Assembly (NCBI RefSeq): GCF_036321535.1
Contig: NC_087438.1
Location: 9,674,001 to 9,738,000, forward strand
Source: Camelus dromedarius
Taxonomy: Eukaryota
Length of the DNA: 64,000 bases
Reading direction: 5' to 3'
Of the stretch, positions 62,080 through 64,000 are shown piece by piece. The notes under the pieces were generated by a model, which worked only from the letters and a program-made list of their open reading frames with translations, was not told the DNA's origin and searched no databases. Each line of letters opens with the position of its first letter. The stretch's first letter is position 1. A program made the translations under genes and the position numbers.

Positions 62080-62435
62080 TCTCGTCTCTCATCCCAGCAT
62101 CCCTATACTTTTTCCTCCTGTCCTCACTGAACTGTTTGTAGTTGCTTAAACCTCACTTTTCACACTTCTCTGCATCCCGGCGGTTCCTCTGCATGGAATG
62201 CCCTTTCAGTCCCTCTCTTATGAAACCTTACGTTGCCATCCAGAGAGCAAGTGCTTCCCGTAGCCCCTGCATGAACCCCGTACTTTATCTTCCTCCCACA
62301 GCTGCTGTGGGTTATTCCCATGTCTGTCTCAGAGACAGGGAGCCTCTCACGGTCAATATCTCTCTTCCTCTCTTGGCTCCAGCACACAGTAAACTGCCTG
62401 GCTCTTTCACAGCCACTCAGGGTTTGAGTAAATAA
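62080..62435 (+). mobile_element. L2 3' fragment
   Basis: 'gttcctctgcatggaatgccctt...agacagggagcctctc...ccagcacacagtaaactgcctggc...tttgagtaaataa'. Confidence 0.65.
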
Positions 62436-64000
62436 GTGATACCAGATCGTACATCATGGGTTAAAATTTTGTTAATTTGAGACCTGGGTGGAAGAATTTG
62501 TCTTGGGAGAAAGGAGCTAACTAGACTCGGTAAACACCTTAATGGGATGCTTTTGTCTGGAGAGGAGGCATAGAAGTTTGGGGGCAGGGACCTAAATTTA
62601 AAAAATGCAAGAGTTATTTGGGATGGGATAAAAGCAAAGAAGGAAAAGAGAGGAGGTCAGGCAAGAGGGAGGACGGGCAACGGCATGATGGGAAGCTCAA
62701 GACTGAGTGAAAGAGGCAACCAGTGAAAACTAAATGGGCTGACAGGCTCGGTGTGCTCTCAGCACAACGCCCATTTAGCTGGTGAAATTGCTCTTTTTTA
62801 ATTATGTAAAGTCTCTAGAAATCGTCATAAGCCAATTATATACGGCAAATAGAGAAACATATTCAAGAAAATTTACTAAATCTCAGTAAGCATAGCGAGA
62901 GCATAGCATTTGAAACATGATTTGTTCCAACCCCCACCCCCAGCTGCGTGTTATGAAATCTTTAAACCAGGGAGCTGCATCCAAGAAGATAGGACTTTGT
63001 CTCTGCTCCTCCAGCTCCCAGTCTAAGGCTGAGCTTTCACTTCAGGAGGACCAGGCTACTGGTGTCTCTCAACATCCCAGTTCTATGTTATAGACACTCT
63101 ATTCCCAGTAGGCATGGTAGGAGGGACAGAGGCTTCCTACCCTCATCTTGAAGCCACTTTGGGGCAAAAGCTCTATCCCAGGAGTGGTAGGTCAAAAACT
63201 TCGGGGCCCCATCCCCTCTACCCTGCTTATAAAGCAGAGTTTCTATGCTTGAAGAGGCAAGACAATAAGATCAGGGGCCACTAACGCCCCCCACCCACCT
63301 CCAGAGCCCTCTTGCAGAGCAGGGAGTGTCACTTGGGTTCTGCCCAGAGAGAGAGGCAGGCCTTATGCACAAATTGCTGTACAGCTGTGCCTGAGAGAAC
63401 CGACTTTATTTGGAACAGAGCATGAAGAATTGAATACCTCAGTGTCAAAAATAATGGAGATATTGGTGGTAAGCAATTATGAGAAGCAGATAGTTTCATA
63501 ATATTAGCAGCAATAAATGAAATGGAAGAGCAACAGAATTTTAACAAAGAAAGCCAAGAAAAGAGACAGTCTAGAGAACTCTGGGCTGGAAAAACTGTGT
63601 GCAAGCAACAGGTTGCCTCCACTCAGGAGCAGTCAGAGCAGGATGTGGGATCAACTTAAATGCTTTGCCTAAGCCACACAAAGAAGCATCAGCAAGGGGC
63701 AAGAGCCTCACTGGCACAAGATGTTTAGTAGGTCCCACATATGCCCAAACACTGACTTAATATATAAGCTATGCTGACTCAGGGGCTAGCCCTAGGAAGC
63801 CAGGCTTTAAAATAAAATCATACTCATGCCTTGTGGTCTGGAAGAATACACACACCTTCAAAATGTCACCCTCTCAGGGGTGAGTCCAGAGGGTACTGGC
63901 AAACCACCAGTCCCTGAAAGAATTTTGGACAAAATATCATAAAATACCTAAAAAGCAGTCCCCAAGCCATACATACATCCAGTGAAGAGGGAGGAAAGTC

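Noticed and set aside
1..64000. CRISPR arrays, operons, rRNA/tRNA genes, CpG-island promoter
   Set aside because: The sequence is mammalian; no regularly spaced repeats, structured RNA gene signature or CpG island seen

Overview
This 64 kb window is AT-rich, CpG-depleted eutherian mammal genomic DNA, intergenic or deep intronic. I find no credible protein-coding gene, RNA gene, CpG island or CRISPR array. The supplied ORFs are short, mostly repeat-derived and non-coding. Much of the window is decayed transposable elements: L2, MIR, L1M fragments, MaLR/ERVL/ERV1 solo LTRs, and hAT, Tigger and other DNA transposons. There are no Alu, B1, Bov-tA, PRE-1 or Can-SINEs; with the style of one young L1 3' end, this suggests a cetartiodactyl, probably a camelid (inference). 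The most notable object is a ~1.4 kb Mutator/MULE (MuDR-type) transposon fossil at ~8.68-10.07 kb. It has ~65 bp terminal inverted repeats and a frameshifted FLYWCH + DDE transposase, its ends differ from Ricksha as I recall it, and a Tigger/MER2-type MITE has inserted into it. Other points of interest are a CTCF motif inside a CpG-rich MIR, a CpG-retaining MER54-like LTR, an L2>Zaphod>MER20 nest, a young ERV1 solo LTR with an exact 4 bp TSD, and a candidate minus-strand exon. Repeat family names come from my recollection of consensus sequences, not a RepeatMasker run, and most boundaries are approximate.
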